From Utricularia gibba (lineage: Eukaryota > Plantae > Magnoliophyta), in assembly GCA_002189035.1 (NCBI GenBank), contig NEEC01000012.1, positions 2,356,001 to 2,420,000 on the forward strand: 64,000 bases of DNA, written 5' to 3'. The position numbers and the translations under genes were made by a program. Shown here piece by piece: positions 47,502 to 60,476 of the stretch. Each line of letters starts with the position of its first letter. The stretch's first letter is position 1. The notes beneath the pieces were generated by a model, which did not search any database, was not told where the DNA came from, and saw only the letters and a list, made by a program, of their open reading frames with translations.

Positions 47502-48989
47502 TTACACCACAGGAACATCGACCTCATCATTCAAGTGAAGGCATCTGGTCTCCGAATATGAAGCATTACCCCCATGGCTCAAGTAGCTCAAGTAGATCTC
47601 TGCTCCTATTCTCCACTTCAGGACGCTCCCCTGCATCTCCTTGCTTAACCTCCACACCACTTCCGGCCCACCGGACAAGATCACCCCCTTCGACTTCGCT
47701 GCTGCGGGCGGCGCAACTCTCGATTCAACCTCTGCGCCGGTTCGAGGTGTGCTGCTGTCGGTCTCGACGCCGGAGGGGGTGTCGCGTAAGCTCGCGTCAA
47801 ATATTGCGCAGTTTCCTTCCACGGTGTTATCCCATCTCCAGTCTCTGATCTTGCTTCTGGTTGTCATGCTTATGATTGACTTCAGCTTGGGAGTTTTTGA
47901 TTTCCCCGACTTGGAGCCCTTCAACATTTTGTGCAATTCTATGTCCCTTTCGGAGTCTGTGTTGCTGGATAACCCACGCAGGCTCAGTGCGCCGACGTAC
48001 GCCGCGCCGGACTCCGGGCCTATCTGAATTCGAATCCTGGAGGGGAAATGCTTCAGGTGATCGGAGAGAAGTTCGTCGTCCGTTCCCCTCTTGAAACCCA
48101 GTTTGACGACGTGGATCCTTATGTTGTCGACACGTGTAGTGACTTTGATGAAATGGTCGTTGATTTCAACGGCGTATTCCAACTGAATTACCGCCTCAAG
48201 CTGCTGGTGGGCCAGGGTGTATCTTAGCAAAGCTTCCTCGAGTGCTGTGAATTGTCTCTTTTGCCCCCAGGACTCCAGAAACGCCACCGGGGAGTAGCTC
48301 CTCAGGATCCACAGTCCGTGGGATTCCGTTGCATAGGATACCCCAAGATTTTTGGAGGGCAAAGATGGTAAACCAACCTCGACGCTCTTTAAAATCACCC
48401 ACTTGGCTAAAATGTACCCCATGGTGCGCACGATAGCGAGCTCCACGTCGGTCCCCATGGCCATAAAGAAGTTCCTGAGAACCGGCGGCGCCGGTCCGCA
48501 GGCGAAGGTCTCGAGATTGTGAGCGAGAACACGTCGGAAGTAGAGCAACCCAACCTCCGGCGCCGCGTCGAACGCGCACAAGCAGAAAAGGCGCATCAGA
48601 AAGACGAGATAGAAAAACCCAGAAAACGAGTCCGAGGAGTGCGTCTCCATGAACCGCGCCACCCGCTCGGGCCGTATCCGAAGCGGTGCCACAGCAGTAC
48701 ATGTGTAAGGCGCACGCGCCACCGTTTCCTGCAGCAGTTGAACCACGAGAGGGAGAAAGGAAGGCCCTTCCGAAGCAAGAGGACACGCGTCAGACACCCA
48801 AATGGCCTTATCCTCAAAGCACACTGAAAATGTGACAGAACCCTCATCTCCCACATTCAGCTTCTCAGCTCTGAGTGTTAAGCAGTTAGCAGAAGACGCG
48901 CCGCCGGAGAGATTCAAAGTGGACACTGGAGCCCCATCGGCGACCAGAAGGTCGCAAATCCATCGCCAGACATCGATTTTGGAATCCAT
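47502..48989 (-). CDS. Conserved plant protein of unknown function, At2g15020/At5g64190-like (single exon)
   Basis: From MDSKIDVW.WIC.L: FLPLV.QLLQE, SYATE.HGLWILR.Y.P, LLRY.LAHQQLEAVIQ.EY.V, VDNIR.HV.KLGF, HFPSRIR...GPE.G, V.W..S.EM.GSVLKWRIG..I.LSY, ETRC....DEVD.P. These match the recalled family. Confidence 0.85.
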   Translation of the reverse strand: MDSKIDVWRWICDLLVADGAPVSTLNLSGGASSANCLTLRAEKLNVGDEGSVTFSVCFEDKAIWVSDACPLASEGPSFLPLVVQLLQETVARAPYTCTAVAPLRIRPERVARFMETHSSDSFSGFFYLVFLMRLFCLCAFDAAPEVGLLYFRRVLAHNLETFACGPAPPVLRNFFMAMGTDVELAIVRTMGYILAKWVILKSVEVGLPSLPSKNLGVSYATESHGLWILRSYSPVAFLESWGQKRQFTALEEALLRYTLAHQQLEAVIQLEYAVEINDHFIKVTTRVDNIRIHVVKLGFKRGTDDELLSDHLKHFPSRIRIQIGPESGAAYVGALSLRGLSSNTDSERDIELHKMLKGSKSGKSKTPKLKSIISMTTRSKIRDWRWDNTVEGNCAIFDASLRDTPSGVETDSSTPRTGAEVESRVAPPAAAKSKGVILSGGPEVVWRLSKEMQGSVLKWRIGAEIYLSYLSHGGNASYSETRCLHLNDEVDVPVV

Positions 48990-50283
48990 TCCTGCAAAAC
49001 TGTACCTGTGAGGGGGTTTGCGGAGTGGGATTTGAAGGAGAATCCATGGCGGAGAGGACACCACACAGTAGCCATTTTGACCTCAGAATATCCTCAGCAA
49101 TTCTCCTCTCATTTATTTTTCTTGAAATCACTAGTTGAGAAACTCTCAAGTAGTTGTAGTTACTTTCTTTGTGGTTGGTTATGCCTTAGAGTGGATAAGT
49201 CTTGCAACTTGTCTAGTGGACACATTATTATTTGATCCAATTTTCCAATACCTTATGTTGACACGTAATTCAAAAGTTTTTTTTTTTTTAATTTTTTAAC
49301 AATAAACGTAATTAAAAATACCTATTTTTAAGAAAAATATTTAAATAACATCAAATAAATGTTAATATTTCATAAAAGGTAAATTCTCCAATAATGCAAA
49401 TTATAATATATGAAAAAATTTGCTTATTTGATCATCTTCTAAATTCATTTTTTATTTTTATTATTTTTTGATTGAGAATTTAGGCAAATCCCATATTATT
49501 TTATGAATGAGATAGAATGATAGTTTATATAAAGATAATTTTTCTAATCTTACATCATACTTTTTTTCCAAAAAAAAAAACTTAAAATCGTTAGAATTAA
49601 GTATCTGAAATGAACAATATGGTACAAATAGGAAATGAGATAAGATAACTTGAATTGTTTTTAATCTCAAATTAATGATCAATGCAGAATGTAAAAATGG
49701 AATACTCTACCTATTCATTGAAAAAAATCTTATTGCGCAAATCATTGGATGACACTTGTTGTCGTTATTGACGGGATGAATTGGAAATTTGACCATATGT
49801 CAAACATTGTGTAAGAAAAATGATCAACTATATTATAATTTTTTTGACTTAGTAGGTAAGAAAGAATGTAGTAATGATCTTTTTTGTAAAAATGACCCCT
49901 TGTTGACCGTGCATCCCTAAACGTTACCCCCCTGCAGCACAGCTGATGATGAACATGGATCCACGTAATCCAGCCCAGAAAGCGAGCTGCCAAAACTGGG
50001 AATCTTGAGGGGACGAAGGGCGTTTACAAATTCCCATGGTTGCAGCGAGCAGAAGCGCATGATTAATGCTAGAAGATGCAAGTCCTATTGAACCTGCAAT
50101 GAGTCGCAGTATTCGGGATGTGGGAGTCGAGATTTTCACCAATTCCCTGGAACTCCAGCTGCCTCGAGATTGCAGGAGTCAAAGAGAAGAAAGGTATTGA
50201 AAGTGTGGTACCGAGGGAAAAAGCCTGCGGCACTTTCAGTTGCTGTCTCTCGAATTCATCAGAGTGAATGGCGTATGTTGTGG

Positions 50284-50565
50284 GAGTTAATTTGAAAAAT
50301 ACCCACTGTGGTGTTTTACTTTGTTTAGAAAACAACACATCTTAGTTGTATTTTTTTGTGCTTAGTGTGTGTGAGATAAATGAACATTTGGTAACTTTCA
50401 AAATGACTCTCTGTTCGGGTGCCAAAGTGAAAAACCTTTGGGAGACGAGTTAATTTGAAAAATACCCACTGTGTTTTACTGTGTTTAGAAAACTACCCAC
50501 CCTACGTGTATTTTTTTGTGTTTAGTGTGTGAGATAAATGGACAGTAGGTACCTTTCAAAATGAC
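50284..50565. repeat. Diverged direct repeat of about 120 bp (50284-50407 and 50446-50565)
   Basis: Both copies start GAGTTAATTTGAAAAATACCCACTGTG and end TTTCAAAATGAC with colinear interiors; 38-bp spacer. Confidence 0.85.
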
Positions 50566-51998
50566 CATTTGGAAGACAATGGTAAAAGTGAAGCTATCGA
50601 TAACTGAGATTAGAATAAACTACATAATATTGTAAATCGAATACAAAAAAAAAAATATCAATGCCTAAGACATGTAAAACAATGTTCTAAAATATTTCAT
50701 AATCCCTCAAAATTCAAGAAACTCTTCGAGAATTATTATCTCAATCTCAAAAATCAATCGAATATATACGTGAACTTGGGCTATACACACGCAAGAGTCT
50801 TTTAGGGTGGGTTTGCACCCCTAGCCATTGCCCATCATAGGTATTGGATTGACTTCTCATATAAACTAATTGAACACGTTCAATTAGCAATGTGGAATAT
50901 AGGTTTCATTCTCTAATACATACTATTCCAACACATAAAGCACTCTATTACTAGTTATGGTGTTTCATCAGCTCTCCTAATCCAAGTATATACATACATT
51001 ATATTATTAAAAAAAATTAAATTCAATCGATTATAATAATTTATAATTTTTTTAAATTCAAATATTAATATATGATTGTTTGTTTCTAGAATAATCCCCA
51101 CCCAAATCATAGTTCGTGGTTTTCAAGAAGGGAAATCTATATGTGGCGAGGTTGATTCATCAACAAATTCGAGCATGGGCACTGTACAAAGCAAGAAAAA
51201 CTCTATTTCAATCTACCCAAAACATGGGACACCTCCGAAACAGCTATTTCAGTTAAAGGGGCCTGATATGAAACAACTGGCTGCCGACCGTCAGGGAAAG
51301 CTAATTTACTAATTACAGAATAGAAGAAGAGGAAGATGATGCACTTCGCAGTCTACTTTTGGGCAGGAGATGCACGTAAGCGGCCAGAGTACAATGGAAT
51401 TATCCATGAAGCCCTACCAGCCCAAATACATAGTTCGGTCCAATAGAAGATCCAGCAGTGATCTTTCCCAGTTTTCATTCTGACATGCATCAAAGTTGAG
51501 ATTCAAATACAAGATGTGGTTCTTTGTGTTTAATGATTATATCATTGTTTTCATTTTGACACTCACAACTCTCACTTTATTGAACATTTGCATTAAGCAC
51601 GCCATGATCATGTCTCCCTTTTGAAATCAACCAGATGGCTCCCAATGAAACTTTTTATGTATATTTGTTCACATCGAAACGAGAAAGATGATCAAAACAT
51701 CAAATATGTGTATACTTTATCTTACAGTATTTCTTGATTACTCAAAATTCAATAGATTCTTCAAGAACAAGATCTCCATCAATTAAACACGATTCAATAT
51801 ATATATCTAGTTCCAATGGATTTGATATAAAAATGAGACAAAATTGGGCTAGGCACATCCATATATAAGAGTATAAAGATATGTTATATCATATAAATTG
51901 GTTGAAAGGATTTCAACTAGTAATATGTTATTATAGTATTCTTTTCCAATACCATATTTACAACACTATATACATGTCACGCCATCTCACTCACCTTG

Positions 51999-52015
51999 TG
52001 TAACATCCCACATCG
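51999..52015 (+). mobile_element. LTR-terminus-like motif TGTAACATCCCACATCG (possible solo-LTR/TRIM relic)
   Basis: Resembles the TGT....TCCCACATCG LTR end I recall from dicot LTR/TRIM families. No partner end, TSD or PBS found. Confidence 0.3.
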
Positions 52016-54341
52016 CAACACGCAAAAAACAAGGTAAAAGAAAAGAACTTGTGTCAAGTCAAAAAGATGAGATTGTGAGATGAGATCGCGTAGTAGACTC
52101 ATAGGTAGGGGCGCAGTGAGCCACAGATGTGCCTTGTGATCTACACAAGCAACCAATGGTCCACAGACGTCAAACAACTTGCCCTCTTTCACTTTAGAGA
52201 CTCATACTTTCACGGCAGATCTTTCTTTCTTTCTTTTTACCACCCCAATATTTGATTCCAAAAAGGGTCCTTGAGTATTGAATGCTAATTTCTTGCTTCC
52301 TCTCCGTCTAACAGCTTCCCCCAACTTGGTACTCAGATAAGTTTGTATTCAATTATTGTATTTCAAATGAGAGAGATAAAGAAAGGGTTTCCTTTACTTC
52401 GACGACCAGACCACGGGGTGCGGACAATGGCTCATAAATATGGATCCAGTCCGAGTCCGGTCTTCCCTTCAAAGGCGCAGTAAATAGGGCGAAGCTTCCA
52501 ACACGCAGAGTCTGGTGTCCAGTACTAATGCACATACCAGCACCCTTTACACTCCCTTCTCCACGCCACACCAACTTGAAGCATTTCCATTATTGCAGAA
52601 TAACGAAGAGTTCAAGTTTCACCAACATCTGATACTTTCGAAAGAATCCATCACTCAGATATGCCATAACCCATGAGATGAAGCATCGCCCTTCATACTC
52701 ATCCCCCTTTTGACTCTTTCTGATCATTTTCCAACAGTTATCACCACTTTAAAACACTTTAAGGATTAATATCTTGATCATTTGGGATTCAAAGCAACAT
52801 TTGGTTCATGGGTTGAAATTAAAAATTAGATGGTAGAGCAATTATACATGAAACTCAAATAAACAAAAACATAAATTATATTAAAAAAATTAGATAAAAT
52901 TAATTATTATTGATCTGAAATTTCTTATATATTTGATCATTTCATTTTTGTTTATCGATGTAGTATTATAGTTAGTACTTAGGTTATACATTAATCTAAT
53001 ATTTTTTGTCAGCTAAATTCAATATATTTCTTTTTTTTAATTGAAATTCAAAATAATATGAAACTCATATTGATTAACTAAATTATGTCATGAGTCAAAC
53101 ATTCTGATATCATATTGAAATTAAGTATCAAATGAATTGAACAAATATATATAAAGATCAATACATAATAAACGTAAATCATATTTAAAAAAATTAAGTC
53201 TAACTAATTAATATTGATTCACAATCTATTATATATTTATTTAATTTTCATCATGATATACAACAAATTTAGTCACAAAACAGCACACCCAACTCACTCA
53301 TTCGCTGTTCCATTCTGGGGGAACTGCTCCTCCGTGACGCTCAAAAACCCCGATTTATCTGCTTGGATCTCTCATAAATGTATGTCGCATTTATTTCAAT
53401 TTTGTTGATTTCGGACTTGTTTTAAAAGGGTGCATGAAAGAGGGTCGTTGGAATCAATGCCTTTGGTCCTATGTTTTGCATATGAGAGAATGCAGACATG
53501 TCCGTTGGTTGGAGGAGTTAATAAAGAATGAAGAAGATTTATTTATTCTTTTTTTTAGAGCCGTCCGATGATGGAGCGGCGCGCAATCTCCGTCCATTCG
53601 CGCATCGCGTCCCGGATCCACGCAGGCCCGCGACGCAGAGCCCAACTGGACCATGGGCCCATCTGCATGAGACACTGGTGCTTCCATTAAATTCTTCATG
53701 CTTTTGGTCAGTGCTGCTGCGCCAGTCAAATCGATGAAATTAGGATCAACCTCGATGCAAATGGGCACACAATGCTCATCAAACATGTACTCATGATGCA
53801 TTATTCTTATAGAAATTATAATAGGTTGTTTAATAGTATAATATAAAAAATCTGTAAAACTTATTAAATTTTACAATTTAGTATATATATAATCAATTAG
53901 AATGTATTTAAATTTATTAATACTTTACTATCAAACGAGATCTAAAACATATGTTTCATTGCTTTATCAAAGTTTATAAAATGTGTTGTATTAGAAATTG
54001 GATGCTTGTTAAGGGTTGAAAATGCAAACTATAATTGATCATCTTTTGACAAAACACAAGGTATACTTTGCAAATATCACATTCTATTTATATAATATTA
54101 TATTTTAAATATTCAAATTTCATGGTTTTTTATATAAAAAACCTCTCATTAATTGAGTCATTATATTTGAGTACTTCCCAAATGTATAAATATGAGAGTC
54201 AAGTCACACAAATCTATCCTAGTCAAAGCTTATTGCCTTCATTATTATTAAGGATATTTATGGTATAAATTGTATTCTTGAATGAATGTTCTACAAACTG
54301 TTTTATTGACAAATATTAATTATTTTTATTTTAAAAATAAC

Positions 54342-54366
54342 ATATATATATATATATATATATATA
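54342..54366. repeat. (AT)n microsatellite
   Basis: Uninterrupted AT dinucleotide run in the intergenic region downstream of CYCD3. Confidence 0.8.
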
Positions 54367-54923
54367 CAATTCATATTTTGTTAGAATTATTTTTTAAAAA
54401 TTTACTTTTGGGGAATTATAACCATACATAAATTGAATTCATTTTTTTTTACTTCCACCCCCATGTAATAATTTCGGGAACAGGGAAAATTAAAAATAAT
54501 ATATTTTTATCTACGGGAAATTCCTGAATACCAATTATTAAATTATTTTTTAACGAAAAAAAAGATATATAAAATTAAGGATAAATTGGAGTCAATTTGG
54601 TTTAACCTATTTTTCAGTTTTTTTTCTTTTTTGTATTTGCAAAATGCAGGCGGAAATGGTGAAGATTAGGTCAGAGTTACTATGATTTGGGGCTATGAAT
54701 CAGACAAGAAAAGGCATCCGATTGCATCATCAGCAGAAGAAGAAACATTAGCGAGCTTTTCATGGAAAAATTGACAAGATTTGTTTCTTCTTCTGTCTTT
54801 CCCCCTCGCTGTTTCTGTCTGTGGCCCCTCTTTTTCTCTTTTGTTTCGATGGGGTTTCGTGGATGATTTATTTTGGTGGGACTGAGATGGAGGGGGAAAG
54901 CAAATGTAGCAGTTGAGTTCTGC

Positions 54924-56129
54924 TCAGTGTGGGCTTCCAATGGCTACCCGTAGCCTCATCTGTTGCTCTGTAGCTCTCATTTTCTTGTAGATCGGTGGGG
55001 AGACTGAATCAGAGGATGAGACGGAGGGAGTGGAGGGCAATGGTTCGGGGATGGCGTCGCGTGTACGCTTCCGAGGACACCATATGTTTGATGAAATGTC
55101 TGAAATAAGCTGGTAGCATTTGTTCACTTCTTCCTGTAAAGGGATGACATTTATGATTAAAATTCTTTGGTTGCACTCTTGAATGTGGAAGGATTAAAGA
55201 TGTGTGTGGCTGTGGCCACCTAAATAGTTCCAAGTGGATACCAACCTTGCTGATTTGAAGCACGGACAGCAGCTGCTGGGCTTCTTGGTCAACTGTGGCT
55301 TTGCAGGGCTCAGCCTCATGAATAGCCTGAAGCATTGTGGCGGTGGCTAATACTGACGGGGGATATCTCCGAAATCTCGAATCTGGTTGAAACAAGATTT
55401 GTTAATGTATTTTCCAAGCTCAGATTTGCGGCACAAGTTCACTTGATACTGACCTGGAAGGATGAACATTAGGAGATTTTCGCATCTCGTGCGGAATTCC
55501 CAGGGGAGACTGCCCTTGGAGCCAAATCTTCTGATGATATGGTCAATGAATGACAATGGAGTCACAGGGTGCATCCGCCATTTGAGAGATGAGAGCACAA
55601 AAAGCTCCATTCTTTGGATGGTCTTGGCTTCAAAAACATACTTGGCACCTTCCAGCTGAAGATCGAGAAGCAGTGGAACGTAAGTTTCTTCAACTTTAGC
55701 AGCAATGGATAAACAAGCAACAGCTGCGAGCTGCATCATCCATGGCTTGTCCCTTTGAAAACTGAGGCTGGAGAGGAATCTATCGAGATAATTGACTGCA
55801 AGAATAGCTGTCATTGCCGAAAACCCGTAAGGGGCATTCATTTTCAGAATCCATTCCACAGCTTCTCCACTGGGCAACGTGACAGCCCCAGCATCATCGA
55901 TATGGATGAAGGTTTCCTTCTCCTTGGCGAAAAGGGTCTGAAGTTCTTCATCATCCCACGCCAAATCTTGCTCCAGCAAAGGAACTCGTGGAACAAAAAT
56001 GCCATCTTTTTGTTGATGAGAACCCGAATCACTGTAAGTGATTCCACTGACCTCTTCCTCCTCCTCTTCGCAGTAAAGGGAATGACCATCAAAGAGCGAT
56101 TTGTCTCCAAGCTGCTCAACACCATCCAT
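54924..56129 (-). CDS. CYCD3: D3-type cyclin
   Basis: Three exons (55454-56129, a middle exon of about 55250-55383, and a last exon ending at 54924). LxCxE (LYCEE), AV.WILK.NA.YGFSA.TAILAVNYLDRFLS, WM.QLAAVACLSIAAKVEET.VPLLLDLQ, FEAKTIQRMEL.VLS.LKWRM.PVTP.SF.DHI.RR, EQQMRL. Confidence 0.95.
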
Positions 56130-57463
56130 TTTGCTTTGCAACAAAGTCTACTCCCGGTTGCTTCCTCCTCCTCCTCCTCCCCTGGTTCATCTTTCAAGAA
56201 AACAAGCAAAAGACAAAGCGAGGAACATGGTGTTTTTCTCTTTTCCCCCTCTCTCCTTTCTTTTCTCCGGGAAGGGGAATGGAGGTCGTAGGGGGGAGAT
56301 GAGGAGTCGCTGGTGCCTCAGATAAAGGAAGGGGATTGCGCGCAGACTCACCTATCACGCTTGTCTTTCCTTTATGCTTCTCGGCGGGAGAGAGACTACT
56401 AAACTCATTGATGACGGGAGTTGATTTTTCGCTACTTTCTTGAAAGAAACAGCACAGCGATACTATTTATGCGTATTTTCGGAGGCAGGCCTCTGACCCC
56501 TTTCTTCTTCTCTCTCTCGGTCTCCCCCCCTTCCCTTCTCTTAAAGAAAAGCATCCCGCTGCCCTGCCCCTGCCCCTGCCCTGCCCTGCGCTGGTGCACC
56601 CCATTTGCAGCTCCCAATCTCACCCAACACCAAAACACAAACACACTCACCTAATTTGCTACTTACTCAATTAACTTAATGACGGTTTTATGCAATGATT
56701 AACTGTCATAACAATTCACACTAATTTGTTGATTCTATAATTTTTTCTAATATGATTCAAGTTTATTATATATTTGAAATTATGTATGTATATAATATAT
56801 ATCGAATCTTTAATTTTAGCATATTTGTTATTCATCCATAAGTAAATATCCAACACAATTTTTTTGGTGGAATGTTATTAAATATGAACGATTTATGTTC
56901 TAAAAAAATAAAAAATCTAGAAACATGTATTATTTACAATAATTTTTAAGAATTATCATACCTCTAACTTCTACTTTTTTAAAATTAAAAATTTCATAAT
57001 TTTAAATGATATTTAATATACATTAATTAATGTGTATTGTAAGAATCGATGATAACAGATGGGGATAAAATTAAATTGGGAGGAAATAGGATAAAATTGA
57101 ATTCAATTTTTCAAAATATAATTTTTTTTCTTGAAGAGATGAAAATAAAGGTATATAGGTATGGTTATTGATGGCATGCATAGAAGCTTCATTTAAGATT
57201 ACCCGTACGGCATAACTAATCTGCTGTGCTTCCCTTTCACCGCCCCCTCTCCTCCTCTTGAAGGAGACACCAACCAGGCCCCAGTCCCTTGAATCGCCCT
57301 TCATGTCATCCGCACTGCTACGGTGCTGTCCTCCCCGTTTATCAACCAACACTAAGCAAAAGCGTAGCAGAGGAGGAGGAGGAGGGATCAGATGTTCAAT
57401 ACATGAGAAGAACAACACTCAGATGGATGAGTTTGGATTCAGAAACTTCTGGGATGCACAAAA

Positions 57464-57475
57464 GGTATCAGAGCC
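57464..57475 (+). mobile_element. tRNA-iMet primer-binding-site-like motif GGTATCAGAGCC (retroelement relic)
   Basis: Matches 12 of 13 nt of TGGTATCAGAGCC and follows ...CACAAAA, like an LTR 3' end. No retroelement ORF nearby. Confidence 0.35.
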
Positions 57476-57512
57476 AAATGGGGGCTGATATCAATGGTGG
57501 AATAAGAGTATA

Positions 57513-57592
57513 TTTAAAAGAATAAAATATAAAGAATAAAATCTTTAAAAGAATAAAATGTATAAAATGTTGAGTGTTTAAAAGAATAAAAT
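57513..57592. repeat. Four copies of AAAGAATAAAAT in a loose tandem array
   Basis: Directly visible 12-mer repeated four times within 80 bp. Confidence 0.7.
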
Positions 57593-57902
57593 GTAATATC
57601 AAGATCTAATCACGATATCTTATATGTGTTTAAATAGATATATATTACTAATCTTGCCTAAAATCTTTTCTTTAAAAGTAAAAAAAACGTAAAATCTTAA
57701 AAGTTGAATATACAAAATGGATAATATCGTGTAATATGAGATTACATCATAACAAAAGCAAAAGGAATATAAGAGTTTTTCAAATAAACGTAGTAGTTAA
57801 ATAAAATGCTGTAAAATAATGTAGTAGATAGATCTAGTTGTTGTAAGAAGCAGCAGTAGTACTATATGATCAGGAGGCTTTGGCTTCTCTGTTGCTGATA
57901 TT

Positions 57903-59652
<1,750 letters not shown>

Positions 59653-60476
59653 ATCTTCTAGGGCGGCGAAGGCGAAGCAACGAAGGGTACGGTAGCACTG
59701 GTTTCTGAAACGACGATGGCGGAACGGGAGACTTTAAGATCGATGAAGATGAAGAATCCTGATTGGATTCGCAGCAGAATCCAACCGCGGGCCCGTAGGA
59801 ACAGGGACCGTATTTCTTCAAAAAAATATAATATACGATTTTTTAAATATTCATTAAATATGATAACAAATATTCGATTTCAAATTCCAAAAATTCAAAT
59901 TCCAAAGAATCCAATTAATCGCCCATCCCTGAGATACGCACGTGGTTGAATAAAAATATGAATATTTATAATTAAAAAATGCTCAACTATTATCACGTGG
60001 TATATTGATTACAGCAACAACCCATATAAAATTCCCGATATTTCTCAATTTTTTATTTAATTTATACTCTCAACTTTTTGAAAATATTATCGTTGATGTA
60101 AACTTCTCAATTCAAATTGCATTTCAATTTTTCTGCCAAAATCAGTAAATTTATTGTACGGTATCATCAATTTTGAATATTCAATCTTTATAATATTTAT
60201 TTGAATTTGACATTGATATTAAGTGAGATGTACAATTTTATCTATATTGAATTCCCATGATTTCAAATTCAGTTTTATGAAAAAAAATATCTCATACAAG
60301 ATTTACATAATAATTTTTCTTAATCTTTTCTTCTTTCCATATGAAATTCTCCCACCTTTACCAGTACATAAACCTAGCAGCAGCAAGGTTTCAGGTTATG
60401 GATGGTACAAAGCATGTGCTAAGGCAACATAAAATCAACTGCACACCAGGGTTTGAATAGAAAGGAGCAGACTCTG

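Noticed and set aside
47558-49235. Numerous overlapping ORFs on both strands
   Set aside because: Shadows of the GC-rich single-exon At2g15020-like gene.
51076-51480. Protein-like fragments (e.g. IEEEEDDALRSLL)
   Set aside because: Short, stop-interrupted and unrecognised; cannot support a pseudogene call.
52353-52710. Long - strand frame with one stop
   Set aside because: No recognisable domain; probably TE debris or chance.
53440-53600. Partial resemblance to miR393 and miR171 sequences
   Set aside because: Large gaps or mismatches to the mature miRNAs and no fold-back partner seen.
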